Source of the DNA: Octopus sinensis | Lineage: Eukaryota | DNA: 64,000 nucleotides | Direction of reading: 5' to 3' | Assembly: GCF_006345805.1 (NCBI RefSeq) | Contig: NC_043010.1 | Span: 2,914,001 to 2,978,000 of the forward strand | Shown here: in pieces, positions 12,660-27,035 of the stretch | Layout of the letters: each line of letters opens with the position of its first letter | Position numbering within the stretch: the first letter of the stretch is position 1 | Made by a program: the position numbers and the translations under genes | Notes under the pieces: model-generated | What the model was told of the DNA's origin: nothing | Databases searched by the model: none | The model's input: the letters and a program-made list of their open reading frames with translations, nothing else

Positions 12660-13255
12660 AGATGTGGGGTTAGAAGTTTGCTTCACAAACACATGGCTCT
12701 GGGTTCAGTTCACAGCATAGAATCTCAGGCAATTTGTCTTCTACTATATCCTTGTGCCACCCAAATACCTGTGAGTGGATTTGATGGATGGAAACCAAAA
12801 GAAGTCCATTATATATATATTCTTTTATTCTGTTTTTGTTTTACTTGTTTCAGTCATTTGAATGCAGCCATCCTGGAGCACTGCCTTTAGTCTATACATA
12901 TATAGTATATACATATGTATGTATGTATGTATGCATGTATGTATGCATACATGCATGTATGTATGTATGTATGTATGTATGTATGTATGAATGTGTGTAT
13001 GTATGTATGAATGTATGTATGTATGTATGCATGTGTCTTTGCGTTTGTGCTGTGTTTGTCCTTTACCAACACCTGGCAACCAGTGTTGGTTTGTTTATAT
13101 CCCCTTAACTTAGTGGTTCAACAAAAGAGACCACTAGAATAGGTGCCAGTTTCTAAAACTAAAAATAAGTACTGGGGAAAATCTGTTCAACAGAACGCTT
13201 CAAGGTGGTGCTCCTGCATGACCATAGTCCAATCACAAAAATAAATAAAAGGTAA
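12660..13255. mobile_element. Cluster of SINE family A pieces in both orientations around (TATG)n
   Basis: Head at 12660-12805(+), tail at 12835-12890(-), tail at 13050-13250(+). Confidence 0.7.
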
Positions 13256-13728
13256 ACAACAAAAGATATGTGCATGCATTCACTCACTCTCTTTCTCTCT
13301 CTCACATGCACATATGCACACACACAAACACACACACACACACACATGCTATACTATAACACATATATATTTAGATTCTGAGTCAAGACGTCATATGAAG
13401 ACAGAGGTAAATATCTTCTCTGTATATGTGATATCATAGTATTTGTTTATTGACCACAGTTCAGATCACGAGACCAGTCATGGTTCTTGGCCAGCTGCTC
13501 CGTATACTCATGCATTAAAGATGACACAGTCAAATGCAGTCTTATGCAGAGTGCAGAGTTTGCCTGCAGCTTACCAAAGAAAGGATACAAGTGAACCAGT
13601 GATTGGTCCACTCCAAACTTATGACTGATGACACCAATCTTTACAAAATGTGATACAAAATTTAGAAACAATATAGAAAATACTATATATATATATATAT
13701 CTATTATAGATATATAATATATAATATA

Positions 13729-13841
<113 letters not shown>

Positions 13842-14644
13842 CATATATATATATTTGTATATATATATATATATGTTCTAATTCTTAAGGTGCTTCTCCA
13901 GATATAGCCAACATTAATTTGAGGTTGAAGAAGAGCAGAGCAAGAAGAATATACATCAGCTTGTGTATATATGTATAAAGATATGATTTTGTGTTTCTAT
14001 GCATGTGTATATATGTGTGTGTGTGTGAGAAAGAGAGAGAGAGAGAGACAGAGAGAGAGAGAGAGCAAGATGATGTGTAATAGCTTAATCCTATTATGTG
14101 TATATATAAATATTTGCATCACTTTGTTGTGTATGAGTATGTGTAAGCGTGTATGAGTGTGTATTTGTGTGTGTAAACATGTAATGCATTTATATATACT
14201 TGTATGTATGCATGTACGTATTTATATATATATTGTGTGTGTATATATGTACATCTTTTATTTGCTTCAGTCATTGAACTGTGGCCATGCTGGGGCATGC
14301 CTTGAAGGGTTTAGTTGAACAAATTGACCCCAGTACTTAGTTTTTAAGCTTGGTATTTATTCTATTGGTCTCTTATGCTGATCAATATATCCATCTATCT
14401 ATTTCTTTTAGTTCATCTCCCGCTTCTTTCTCACTCATATTTATAAATATATAGATAATTTATATATTCATTGTGTGTGTGTATATATAAGTTATAAATA
14501 TGTATTAATTTATTTGTAAATGTATATATATATATATATATAGATATATATTATATTTATATTTATATAAAATACATATATATATATATACATGTGCATG
14601 TGTGTGTATGTATGTATTATATATATATACATATATATATATGT

Positions 14645-14678
<34 letters not shown>

Positions 14679-14992
14679 ATATATTCATTCGCCTGTGCAC
14701 ACATGCAATAGCACTAACCTCTCTACAGAGGAATCTATCCATCATTTAGAATTTATTACAACAGAAATCCATTCCATATGTAAGTGTGTGTGTGTGTAAA
14801 ACGAATCCATAATAATGTAGAAGTTCTCAAGTCTTAAAGCATAACTCAAGTAGTTGCCACTGGGGAATCATTTATTTGAACTTGGAACCGATTGCTTGGC
14901 AACCATCAAGTTAAGACAAATAAACTATGTGCTGTGTATCTGTAACTGTGAAAAAAAAAAAAAAATATAGATGAATCATTGTCATAATTTGG

Positions 14993-15345
14993 TGCAGGCA
15001 TGGCATGGCTGTGTGGTTAAGGAGCTGTTTTTTGAAACCATGAGGTCTTGGTCTCAGTCGTATTCTGTGGCATCTTGGGCAACTGTCTCAAGGTTGACCA
15101 ATGCCTTGTGAATGAAACTGTGTGGAACCTGTTATATACACACACGTATATATATATGTGTGTGTGTTTGTGTTTGTCCCCCACTATGCTTGACAACCAG
15201 TGTTCATGACAGAGCAGTTCAGCAAAAGTGACCACTAGAATAAGCACTACCTTTAAAAAATAAGTACTGGAGTCAATTTTTTTGACTAAAACCTTCAAAA
15301 TGGTGCCCCAGCATGGCCACAGTCAAACGACTGCAACAAGTAAAA
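14993..15345 (+). mobile_element. SINE family A (tRNA-derived), internally deleted
   Basis: ggctgtgtggttaagg..tgtttgtccccc..gcatggccacagtc..aacaagtaaaaga. Confidence 0.8.
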
Positions 15346-15489
15346 GACAGGAGAAATGGAGAGAAGAGTAATCATCGTTTTGGGATTAAGCTTTTGTTTG
15401 AGAGATAGAACTTTTTTTACATTTGGCCAAAGACACCAGATTTCTCCTCTTTGTACAACATATATAAACATATAAGTGCAGGCGCAGCT

Positions 15490-15905
15490 CATAGGCACAG
15501 AGGTGGGTGTGTGGTAGGAAACATGCTTCCCAACCACATGGCTCCAGGTTCAGTCTCACTGCATGGCACTTTGGGCAAGTGTCTTCTACTATAGACTCGG
15601 GCCAACCAAAGCCTTGTGAGTGGATTTGGTAGATGGAAAATAAAAGAAGCCTGTCATATATATATACATATATATTTGTGTGTGTGTGTGTGGATTTGTG
15701 TGTTGTGTTTGTCCCCACCACCATCGCTTGACAAGCAATATTGGTGCATTTACATCCCCATAATTTAGCAGTTCGGCAAAAGAGGCCGATAGAATAAGTG
15801 CTAGGCTTACAAAGGATAAGTCATAGGGTCGATTTGTTTAACTAAAGACGGTGCTCCAGCATGGCTGCAGTCAAATGACTGAAAGAAATAAAAGAATAAA
15901 AGAAT
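15490..15905 (+). mobile_element. SINE family A, full length, with internal (TA)/(TG) microsatellite
   Basis: tRNA-like head (gtgtggtagg..ggttcagtc), ttgggcaagtgtcttctactatag, tail gctccagcatggctgcagtcaaatgactgaaa. Confidence 0.88.
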
Positions 15906-17241
15906 ATTGAAATTCATTGTACATATGTGTATGAGTGTTAAGTGTGAATTTAGACTCTCCTCTTTCGTAACAAATTACAAGACGTAAATTTCTACAGATT
16001 CCCATAATATATATTCTGTATGTGTTATCTGTGTTATATATATGTATATATATAATATTATATATAATATATATATATATCTATATATATATAATATATA
16101 TCTATATATATATATTATATATATCCTCTATATATAATATATATATAATCTATATATATAATATGGTATGTATATATGTATGTACACACACATGTATATA
16201 CATATGTGTGTGTGTGTGTTTGTTATCTGTATTGCATATATATATATGTGTGTTATCTCTACTTGCAGCTAACTAAGGCTAACAACAACTGCACAGTTTC
16301 TTGTAAACTCTAATCTAATTAATGTGCACAGCATGGTCTGATAGCACCATTATCATTACCTTTTTAAAAGCGATTAATGCAGGTATGTATATTTGTATGC
16401 TTCTATTGCGCAGAGTCTAGTGTTATTTTTATATCATTTTATGTGCTCTGTTGTAAATGTGGGTGTACGTGTATATAGATATGTGTGGGCGTGAGTGTGT
16501 ATGTGTGCATGTGTGCATAACGAGATGCGTGTATGAGTGTGTGTGCATGCGTATGTCCATTATTGTGTATATTGTGTGCATGTGTGTGTGTTATGTATGT
16601 TTTATGTATACATATATGTGAGACATGCATGCATTTATGTGTCTGTGTTTCACTGTGTGTGTTGGTGTGTGTGCGCATGTAGTTTGGTTGTTTCTCACTT
16701 GAAGTAGGATAAGGATAAGAAATGTGAGATAAAAACAAAGAAGGAGATAAAAATTACAAAATAAAATTAAATACTTGCATACACACACTCACATACGCAA
16801 ACATATATATATACTAACAAGCACACACATAACTACAAATATACGCACATCCATATATATACATACATAAACATTTTATATGTGTATATAAATATTGTGT
16901 GCCCCCTTAATAAGTGTCTTTTGCTGTAGTTCCAGGCTGACCAAAGATATGATTTGATTTGATAGATAGAAGCAGTGTGGAAGCCCATCATATATAGACA
17001 TTAGTTCTTCCCTGATGATGTGTTGTGGTTAAGCATCCCACTGTACTTGGAAAATCCAATGCAGAGTTCCAAACAACCACAATGGCAAAATGTATGTATC
17101 TAAAAATAATATAAACTTGTGATTATCATAATTTGTCATATATATATATATGTGTGTGTGTGTATGTATGTGTGTGTGTGTGTGATAGAATAAGTACCAG
17201 GTTTAAAAAGATAAATACTTGGGTTGGTTCATAGAATTAAA

Positions 17242-17650
17242 ATATATATGAAAAAAAAGTCAAGATAGAAAATGGTAAAATAATTTTATAAAAAACATTT
17301 CAGTACCGGTTTCAGTCATTGACACTTTTTCAACTGTAAGTATGGAAAGCAATTAAATTTTGGAAAAGTTAAAAGAAAATTTTTTTAAAAGAATATTTTC
17401 ATGGCGTTCAAATACAAGTAGCAGGCAGAAACAAGGAAAATGGCACTTGTATTCGAACACTTTGCAAATATTCATTTAAAAAACTTTACTTTTAATTTTT
17501 TCCAAAATTTAATTGTTTTCCATACGTACAGTTGAAAAAGTCTCAATGACTGAAACCGGTATTCAAATGTTTTTTATAAAATTATTTTAGCATTTTCTAT
17601 CTTGACTTTTTTTTCATATATATCAACTTGTGTGTTCCTTTACAACCTTC
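17242..17650. mobile_element. Fold-back element 3 (~178-bp diverged arms 17242-17419 / 17445-17623, 25-nt spacer) carrying variant hammerheads
   Basis: Arms are reverse complements with scattered substitutions; short unpaired tail to ~17650. Confidence 0.85.
17301..17336 (-). ncRNA. Variant hammerhead motif with U3:A8 core (mirror copy 17529-17564 on plus strand)
   Basis: CAG-TTGAAAA-AGT(g/c)tcaat-GACT-GAAAC-cg-GTA-CTG; palindromic stem III ACCGGT. Confidence 0.65.
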
Positions 17651-18189
17651 TACACACACACACACACACATACCTAAGAGTAAATTTACATATGAGTGAC
17701 TAAAAAGTATACATCATGATCAAGCAGCAATGTTTCTTTTCTGTGACCAGAAAAAGGAGGCTGATCTAATTGGTTTCAGTATTTACTACAGCTTTATCAA
17801 GCTTAGGTTTCTACCTTATGATCGCAGAGAGACTAACATATTATTGCCTTAATTTACATAACAATTGTGCAAATAGATGCAAGCGTTAATTAATAAGTAG
17901 AAAGCCAGCATTGTATTTCAATAATTTGTCTTAATGTAAACTTTTGGATGCATGTTTGTAGTAAGCACATAAACGAAAGGTTGCCTTAGATACCAGTTTA
18001 TATAGATACTGTGTAAGTGCTGATATACATACATACATGCACACACACATACATACATACATACATACATACATACATACATACATACATACATACACAG
18101 TACATACACAGTACATACACAGTAATTCATTTGCAACCATCATATACTACCAAATATAATATATATGTATATATCAAAATACAGCTCAG

Positions 18190-18700
18190 GTGGTAAGGTC
18201 ATCTCTCATGTATGAACGATATCAGAATTCTGAAGCAGGTTCCCTTTCACCACTTCCCAACAAGAAGATCAGTTGGAAGGCCACCCTTGCACTTCAAAGA
18301 TAAACTAAAAAAAGCAATCTGAAGTGATGCCACATTCCCATTGCATACTGGAAAAGCAAAGCATCAGAACACAGAACCTGGTGTCAGTCATGCTTTTCAG
18401 TTAAAAGATCTCAGCAAAGTTGACTCCAACATTAAGACCAGCTTTGTGCAAGCATGAAGGCATGTTGGCAAAATGCTGTTCCTCGAAATGGAAACCTTAC
18501 CTATCATTGTGGTTTTGCGGCACAAATCAAAGCAGGCCTTGCCATCCACTCAAGAGAACACAAGTCCTCAACTTGTTCCATTGGCCAAAAGGTTTTCAAG
18601 GCACCAACAGGCCGCAAGAGACAGATTTGTGTCCATAGAACATGGTTGACGCTTTATTTTACTGAACCCTCATTTGTTGTTCATGACAAGAGAATCCATC
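18190..18700 (+). mobile_element. RTE-clade LINE 3' end, decayed
   Basis: RSVGRPPLHFKDKLK..; later C2H2-like CGFAAQIKAGLAIHSREHK; frameshifts and stops. Confidence 0.65.
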
Positions 18701-18885
18701 ATATGCATATGTGTGCGTGTGTGTGTGTGTCTGTGTGTGTTATAAACATTATGGAAGCCTGGCATGTATGTGAGTACATGTCTGTATATGTTTATGTTTG
18801 TATGAATTTATGTTATATAACATATAAATGAGGTTTTGTGTGTCTGTGTGTGTATATTCGCTCTCTCTCAATATATATATATATG

Positions 18886-18954
<69 letters not shown>

Positions 18955-19276
18955 GCATAAATGCATAATACATACAGATGTATGGCAGGCTTCCATAAAG
19001 TTTCCTTCTATGAAATTTACTCAGAATTCTTTGGTTGGCCCATGGCTATAATATAATAATATAAAGCACTTGGTTCACTGCAGACCTCATATAAATATGT
19101 GTATACACACTCTCACATGCATACATATTTAGACCAACAGATATTGATATACAGATATATATTGACGCATACGTATACATATATACATATTTATATACAC
19201 CTACGTATCCATATGCATATATACATACACATACACATAATATACACATGCACATATGTGTGTATATATTTATATA

Positions 19277-19320
<44 letters not shown>

Positions 19321-21340
19321 TATATATACACATATATATATATATATACACATATATATATATATATATATATACATACATCCATGCATATATATATGTA
19401 GATTGATATATATATATATATAGAGAGAGAGAAGCGAGAGAGAGAGAGATGAATAAATGTATAATTCTATACCTATCTGTGTGTATGTGTGTGTGTGTCT
19501 GTGTGTGTGTGTATGTCTGTGTGTGTGTGTTAGAGAAGCAACTCATTTAACAACTATTTACTCTTTCTACTGTTTACGACCAAACTAGAAAATACAAATA
19601 GGTATAAAAACACATGCAGATATATACATATATATATAGATGTATGTGTGTGTGCGTGCTTATTTCTATTTCTGTTATATATGTATGTATACACACTTAT
19701 ACACAATTGGAAAGTCTTTTTTTTTTATGTTTCTTTAAGATGTTTATTTTAACTCGGAATCTATTCTGACTTCATTACTGCATGAGTAAACAGAGAGAAA
19801 ACAGAATAAATGAAAAAGAAAAGAAATTATTTCTTGCAAGAGACATTATAGGAGTTGGCATTTTTTGTTTCTTATCAGGCAGGGGAATCATTTTATAAAA
19901 AAAACTTTGGAAATTTCTGGAAAATCTAAATTTTTTACACATTTTCAGTTCTGATTTATGACTATATTTTTCCTTTTTTTTTTTCTGTTTCTCTGAGTAA
20001 GGCATGTATGTGTGCTGAGGATTCCCATTCTTCCATGCCTTGTATAACTTTCAGGTTCCAGTTCCTATCTGTTTTGCATTGTGACCCATTTTGGCTAATC
20101 AATATTTCTCAATGGCCTTTTATTTTTTAAATTTATTTCCCTGGGTTTCACTAAATGTTTGATATTTTTTTCTTCTGCAAATATTCCTAAAATTTTTGTT
20201 TGCTGTAAATTTTGTATTGTATCCTTACTATAGCTTATGTTGTTTATTGTCTATAATACAATAAGCAAAACAGTCAATTGGGGATCCACAGTAGAATTTT
20301 AAGGGTCCATGTAAAAGGGTTGATTTAGATTTATTTATATAGTGAGAGTAGAGAGGCAAGTTTTGTCTAGTGAATGTTTCAAAAAAAGATGGGTGAATGT
20401 AGCAAGGATGGCATGTATGAATGACGAAGCCACCTTGAGCATAATCCTATGAACCCGGAAAAATTTAAAACAGAGGGTTACTTACTCACAAACAAATGTG
20501 TTAACATGTGACATTATTGACCGAGGTTACCATGGTCTTTTCCGAAGGCTTTTCTTTCCATGGATAAACCTTATCTGCTTCCCCCTTTACACTTTACATC
20601 ATAACATTTCTGTGGTACACGATCCCTATTGATCGGGGTTTTTTTTCTCCGTTTTATGATCCCTTTTGATCGAAAACCTACCCCACTGTTTTTTTTTCTC
20701 CCAAAAAAGAAAAGCTCTACTTTGTAATCTGTCCCATCTGTGTGCAGGTCTGTGTGGCTAATAAAGAAACATATATAGCAAGAAGCAGCTAAATTTCATC
20801 CTCAAACATTGTGTTAATGAGTCAAATGTAAAATTGGAATTTTGAAAGAAGTATGTATAAAACTAGTTTATAAATATTGAAAGGTTATAAGATCCACCAG
20901 TATAAAATAGTGACAAAAGGGGTTCATAGCTAAAAGATGGTTGAGAGTCACTGTTCCTGAATATTTTTGTATTTGGGCATATGCTTTAAATGCAAAATAA
21001 TTTTCCCTTACAACCCTTTTAGAATTGTATCATGACCCATAAGTTGGGAACAACCAATTTGTTAATGTTTAGTGCCTATGAGAGTCATTAATTTTATTTT
21101 GCACAAGTCTTTTAGCTCTTAGTTGTATCTGTAACTCTTAAATGGTGTTACTAGTATATAAGAGGAAGGTTTGACTACTGCAATTTCCATTTTTTTCCCC
21201 TGTGGGAAATTGATTTTTTATTTGTTTTGTTGCATACTCATATGAAATGTTTAATTTAACTTTCACATAGTTTAAGTATATGATTGAAGTCACTAAAGAA
21301 AAGCCAAAAAAAAAAGAATTGGGGTTGCCTTAAATCCTGA

Positions 21341-21755
21341 TACCACCATAAGATCCAGTCTTGATTGTGGTGTGGTAGCTGTATGTGTCAGTAACCCTTA
21401 GAGCTATGCCGGTGGAGTACAAGCTCATGGTAAGGCCTCCCATCCTAGACAGGTCAAAAGATAGAGGACAGACTAATATGAACCACCTCTTCTCAGAGAT
21501 AAATAGGGGTCTTCTTAGAGCAAAGTTTCTAAAGCATCAGTGACAGTTCAAAATCAGAAAGACCTAGGAGAGGAAGGTCTTCCCTTAGGAAAACATTCAA
21601 CACAATGTAGTAAAACCAAAAAGGAGACTGAGGCTAAGTTGAAAAAAAATAGGGTTCCAACTGGAGAGAAGTAGAAAAACATGGCAGACATGAGAAAAGT
21701 GGAGAAAAGGTCTAATGATCTACAGGAAGCAACGGTCTCAAATAATTTAAGTCCT
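21341..21755 (+). mobile_element. Short RTE-derived element: RTE-like 5' leader joined to an RTE-like 3' end
   Basis: acccttagagctatgccggtgg..ggtaaggcctcccatcctagacaggtcaaaagatagagg resembles RTE 5' UTRs; homologous shorter copy at 56434-56630. Confidence 0.5.
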
Positions 21756-22588
21756 TATGGGGCTGTAGGGATGCTGTCTTAGGTTTTTTAAAGCTTGTTA
21801 GGACCCCATTTTCTCCAGTTCTGAACAGGGATAATTTATTCCCAAGAGAAAGAAAGATAGAAGGATTTGAACCCAGGACATAAAGAGTTACAGGAAATGT
21901 TGTTAAGCGTTTATCGAAATGCTAACAATTCTGCCAGCTTGCCACTTTAAGGAGACATTTCATGATGGTATTTACAACTTGCCACTATTTAGCACCAGTT
22001 CAATCTTGATTAAGCAAACTTAAGATCAAAGACATCACTATCAATTAGCAAAATATTGTCCAGTTATTCTTTTTGTTCAAAGATAGAATGGTGTGTTTGA
22101 GGGAATTCAGCTGTTATTTCTTAGAGGTTATGACCACATTGAGGTTCCCTTATGACAGTGTATTTACAAGTATTGTGGAATGGAAAACGGTAATGGTAAA
22201 AAATAATTGAGACTCAGACTAAACCCTTGAGAAAATATTATCTTATCCCACACGCTACCTTTCATCATTCGGCAATTAATGAAATATCTACGACCGGTGA
22301 TTTACTGAAGGTCACTGCCATCAATTATATCAACTCCCTCAAGAAATGGCCTTGCTGTGCCACTGAAAAAAAATTATTCCTATTTACAATTCTCTCCCAT
22401 AAGACTATCACAAAGATCGCTCTCTGAGCAGGCACTTCAAAAAAAATGACTAAGGTAGCAGAAAAAAAAATGTGGCTTATGCCCAATGTATGTATGTATG
22501 TATGTATGTATGTACATGTGTATGTACATATAATATATATATATTATATATATACACACACACACATTTATACATATATATACATAAA

Positions 22589-22652
<64 letters not shown>

Positions 22653-22679
22653 TTTATATATATATATATATATAATATA

Positions 22680-22726
<47 letters not shown>

Positions 22727-23021
22727 TATATATATATATATGTATATATATACATGTATTTATGTATTATGTATGGTTGTATCTGTTTGTCTATGTCTGT
22801 CCATCATGATGTGGTCACTGGGGTCCATTAAATGTCATTGTGGAAAAAGTGGGGTCATGCTGAATTAGGGTTGTAGAAAATCACTGGTTCAAGAATATCC
22901 AGAGAATGCAAGACCAAAAGGGGCCACTGACTCATCCCATTATTTTCTCTATAAACATTGAATTGCATCATAATGGGGTGCACTGTATATGGGTATATGT
23001 CTATACCTACGTACATATATG

Positions 23022-23093
<72 letters not shown>

Positions 23094-23351
23094 TATGTGT
23101 GTATGTTAGTGTATTTATATATATATATATAATATATATATATATATATAAATACACACACACATATATACACATACACATATATGATAATCATTATCAA
23201 CATTTCTATAACCATTTTTTCCATAGAGGCCTAGGTGGGTGAGACATACCGTGGCTATATATACACATACAGATATTTGTGTGTGTGTATATGTGTGTCT
23301 GTGTGTGTGTATATATATATATATAAGCTCAATATATTCATGCATATATAT

Positions 23352-23384
<33 letters not shown>

Positions 23385-23639
23385 CATACATATATGCGTG
23401 CACGCACACAGACACATACATAAATATATTCATGCATATATATATATATGTATACACATACATAATATATATATATATATAATATATACATATATATATA
23501 TATATATATACACACATACATATATGTGCACACATATGCATACATGCTCACATAAATGTTGATATGTAAATTTGGTTGATAACTTTTATTTGCAGCATTT
23601 TTCTTCACAATCCATTAATAATCTTTTCTCCTATGAGTA

Positions 23640-23840
23640 TAATGCCTGAAATTTTGAAGGAGAGATAACTCAGTTATGTTCATCCCTAGTACTCATCAGG
23701 TACTTTTTTTATTGGCTCCAAAAGCACGAAAGACAATGTCAGCCACAGTGGAATTTGAACTCAGAATGTAAGGAATCAGAAAAGAGTGCCTCTAAACATC
23801 TTTGTTAGATGTGCCAATGATTTTGCCAGCTTGCTGCCTT
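23640..23840 (-). mobile_element. SINE family B, decayed
   Basis: ggaatttgaactcagaatgt..tgccagcttgctgcctt. Confidence 0.7.
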
Positions 23841-23853
23841 AATAAATGAATAG

Positions 23854-24234
<381 letters not shown>

Positions 24235-24450
24235 GCCTTTCTACTGCAGGTACTGGATTTGAGATTTCTGGTGAGGTGATCTTTATGATTACATTGACCT
24301 CAGTATGTAACTGATACTTATTTCAATTGACCCAAAGAACATGAAAGGCAAAGTCAACCTTGAGAGAATTCGAACTCAGGATGTCAAGACAGACGAAAAG
24401 CTGCTACACATTTTGTCTGGCATCCTGACTATTCTGTCAGCTTGCTTCCT
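24235..24450 (-). mobile_element. SINE family B
   Basis: atgaaaggcaaagtcaacct..gaattcgaactcag; contributes the false N-terminus of ORF 24341. Confidence 0.8.
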
Positions 24451-24553
24451 TAATAATAATAATAATAATGATGATGGTAATAATAATAATAATAATAATA
24501 ATGCTGATAGTAATAATAATACTACTAATAATAACAATAACAATAACAATAAT

Positions 24554-26319
24554 ACGCTCTCTCCACTCCTTTTCTGCTTGGCACTGTCACCTCTATCTGA
24601 TATGCTAAACAGAACTGGACGCGGATATAAATGTTACGGCAAAACGATCAGCCACCTTTTATATATGGATGACCTAAAACTATACGCTGCAAATGACAAA
24701 CAGCTGGAAACACTATTAAAGACAGTTCATGGATTTACCAAAGAAATAGATATGAAATTTGGATTAGAAAAATGCGCCAAAGTAACCATGAAAAGAGGAA
24801 AACTAGTTAAGAGTAACAACATCACACTAGATAAAACCAATGAAATAAAAGAATTAGACCAAAGCCAAACTTACAAATACTTAGGAATCCATGAACTAGA
24901 TAAGACACAACTCACACAAATGAAAGAGAAAATAAAAAAAGAATATTATAGACGAGTTAGATCAATACTAAAAACAGAGCTCAATGCTAAAAACAAGATA
25001 ATAGGTATCAACACTTTAGCTGTCCCAGTTATAAGTTACAGCTACAATATCCTTAACTGGACACGAAATGAACTGTCCAAAATAGATAGGAAAACAAGAA
25101 AAATACTGACAGGATCTAGGATGCATCACCCAAAATCTGACATAGAAAGACTATATATACAACGTATAGAAGGTGGTAGAGGCCTTATACAGCTGGAAAA
25201 CTACTATAAAATAACCACCATAGGACTGCAAAAATACCTACTTCAGAAGGAAGGAAAACTGATCCAGATAGCAGCAAAACACGAGCAAAACAAAAAACTG
25301 TTCTCAGTATTTAAGGAAGCCGACAAATACAAACAAGAAATCATACCACCTAATAAACACAAAGAAGAAGAAGAAGATGATGAAGAAACAACAAAAGCTA
25401 TAAAACAAATGAAATCCAAACTAAAAAAGAACAGCAACGAGCCATGATAAAACGATGGCAAGAAAAGCCCCTTCATGGTAAATACTGCACTAAACTAAAC
25501 GCAAAAGAAATAGACAAAGAAAAATCCCAGCAATGGTTGAGAAGCTCAGGACTCAAAGCAGAAACAGAGGGATTTTTAATTGCAGCACAAGACCAAAGCC
25601 TCCCACCAGAAATTACCAAAAACATGTAATGAAAAGAAATATTACAAGTAACTGCAGAATATGTGGAGATGGACAAGTAACAATAAATCATATTATCTCT
25701 AGCTGCCCAGTCCTGGCTAAGAAGGAATATATTCACAGACATGACAGAGTTGGAACCTACATACATTGGAAGCTATGCCAACATTATGGAATAACAACAG
25801 AAAAAAGATGTTATAGGCACACACCAGAAAAGGTCACAGAAAACGAGAAAGCAGCCATACTCTGGGATATGCCGATACACACAGATAGAGAAATTAAGGC
25901 CAACAGACCAGATATAGTTGTCAGAGATCATGAAGAAAAAAAATGCTTTCTAATTGATGTATCAATACCGGCAGATGACAACATGTCTCTAAAAGAAATG
26001 GAGAAACTCTCAAAATACAAAGACCCGGAAATAGAGGTAACTAGAATGTGGAACCTGAAAACAGAAACAATTCCTATCATAGTAGGTGCATTAGGCATGA
26101 TAAAAAAATATTCAGACAAATACATAACAAAAACACCAGGACTTACAAACACATATAACATACAGAAAATTGCACTACTAGGCACTGCATACATCCTACG
26201 CAGAACACTTTCCATACAATAACCATCAGAGCATCACAACAAATCACAGCACATACCCAAGGCACACAGAGCTGCGCTTGGTAGTGAAGTGAAAGCATGC
26301 TATAAAAATAAAACTACTG
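24554..26319 (+). mobile_element. 5'-truncated R4/Dong-clade non-LTR retrotransposon (RT C-half, CCHC knuckle, restriction-like endonuclease, ~97-nt 3' UTR)
   Basis: LSPLLFCLAL, HLLYMDDLKLY, FGLEKC, YKYLG, GGRGL; CRICGDGQVTINHIISSC; RHDRV; NRPDIVV..IDVSIP..EKLSKY; stop at 26222; (AAT)n on both sides; two 1-nt frameshifts (~25425, ~25603). Confidence 0.93.
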
Positions 26320-26331
26320 AATAACAATATA

Positions 26332-26381
<50 letters not shown>

Positions 26382-26689
26382 CAACTTTGCTCGGACTTGT
26401 ACCTTGGAGGGGAGCTACCTAGATACAATCCCATGGTCATTCATGACCGAAAGGGGTCTTTATCCTTTATCCTATATATACATATATAGTCTTAAGTCTC
26501 TAGACTTATGCTTCAGAGGGGAACTTTCTAAGTACAAACCCATGGTCATGCATGATCGAAGGGGTGTCCTCTTTTTAATAATAGTAATAACATCAACAAC
26601 AACAACAACAACATTATTATGATGATGATGATGATGATGATAATAATGATGATGATGGTGATGATAATTCCTTTAGTCTTTTTCTAATT

Positions 26690-26875
26690 TTGTTTCAAAT
26701 TTTGGTATAAGCTCAGCAGTTTTTGAGGTGGTCAGAAGTAAGTCAGTTACATTGCCCATAGTACGTGACTGGTACATATATTACTGACTTCAAAATGATG
26801 AAAGGCAAGGCGGATTTGAACCCGGGACATAAAACTGAAAGAAATGCGGCTAAGTATTTTGTCCATCATGCAAAC
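26690..26875 (-). mobile_element. SINE family B, decayed
   Basis: gatgaaaggcaag..atttgaacccgg..gctaagtattttgtcc. Confidence 0.65.
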
Positions 26876-26996
26876 AAATGATGATGATGATGATGATAAC
26901 AACAATAATAATAATAAAAAATAACAATAATTGTTGAAATATATTGTATGGTGTTGCAATTCTCCATAGCATATACTTATACATGTATACATATGT

Positions 26997-27035
<39 letters not shown>

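Noticed and set aside
24341-24553. N-terminus of the 368-aa ORF
   Set aside because: Derived from an antisense SINE and (AAT)n that happen to be in frame with the truncated RT
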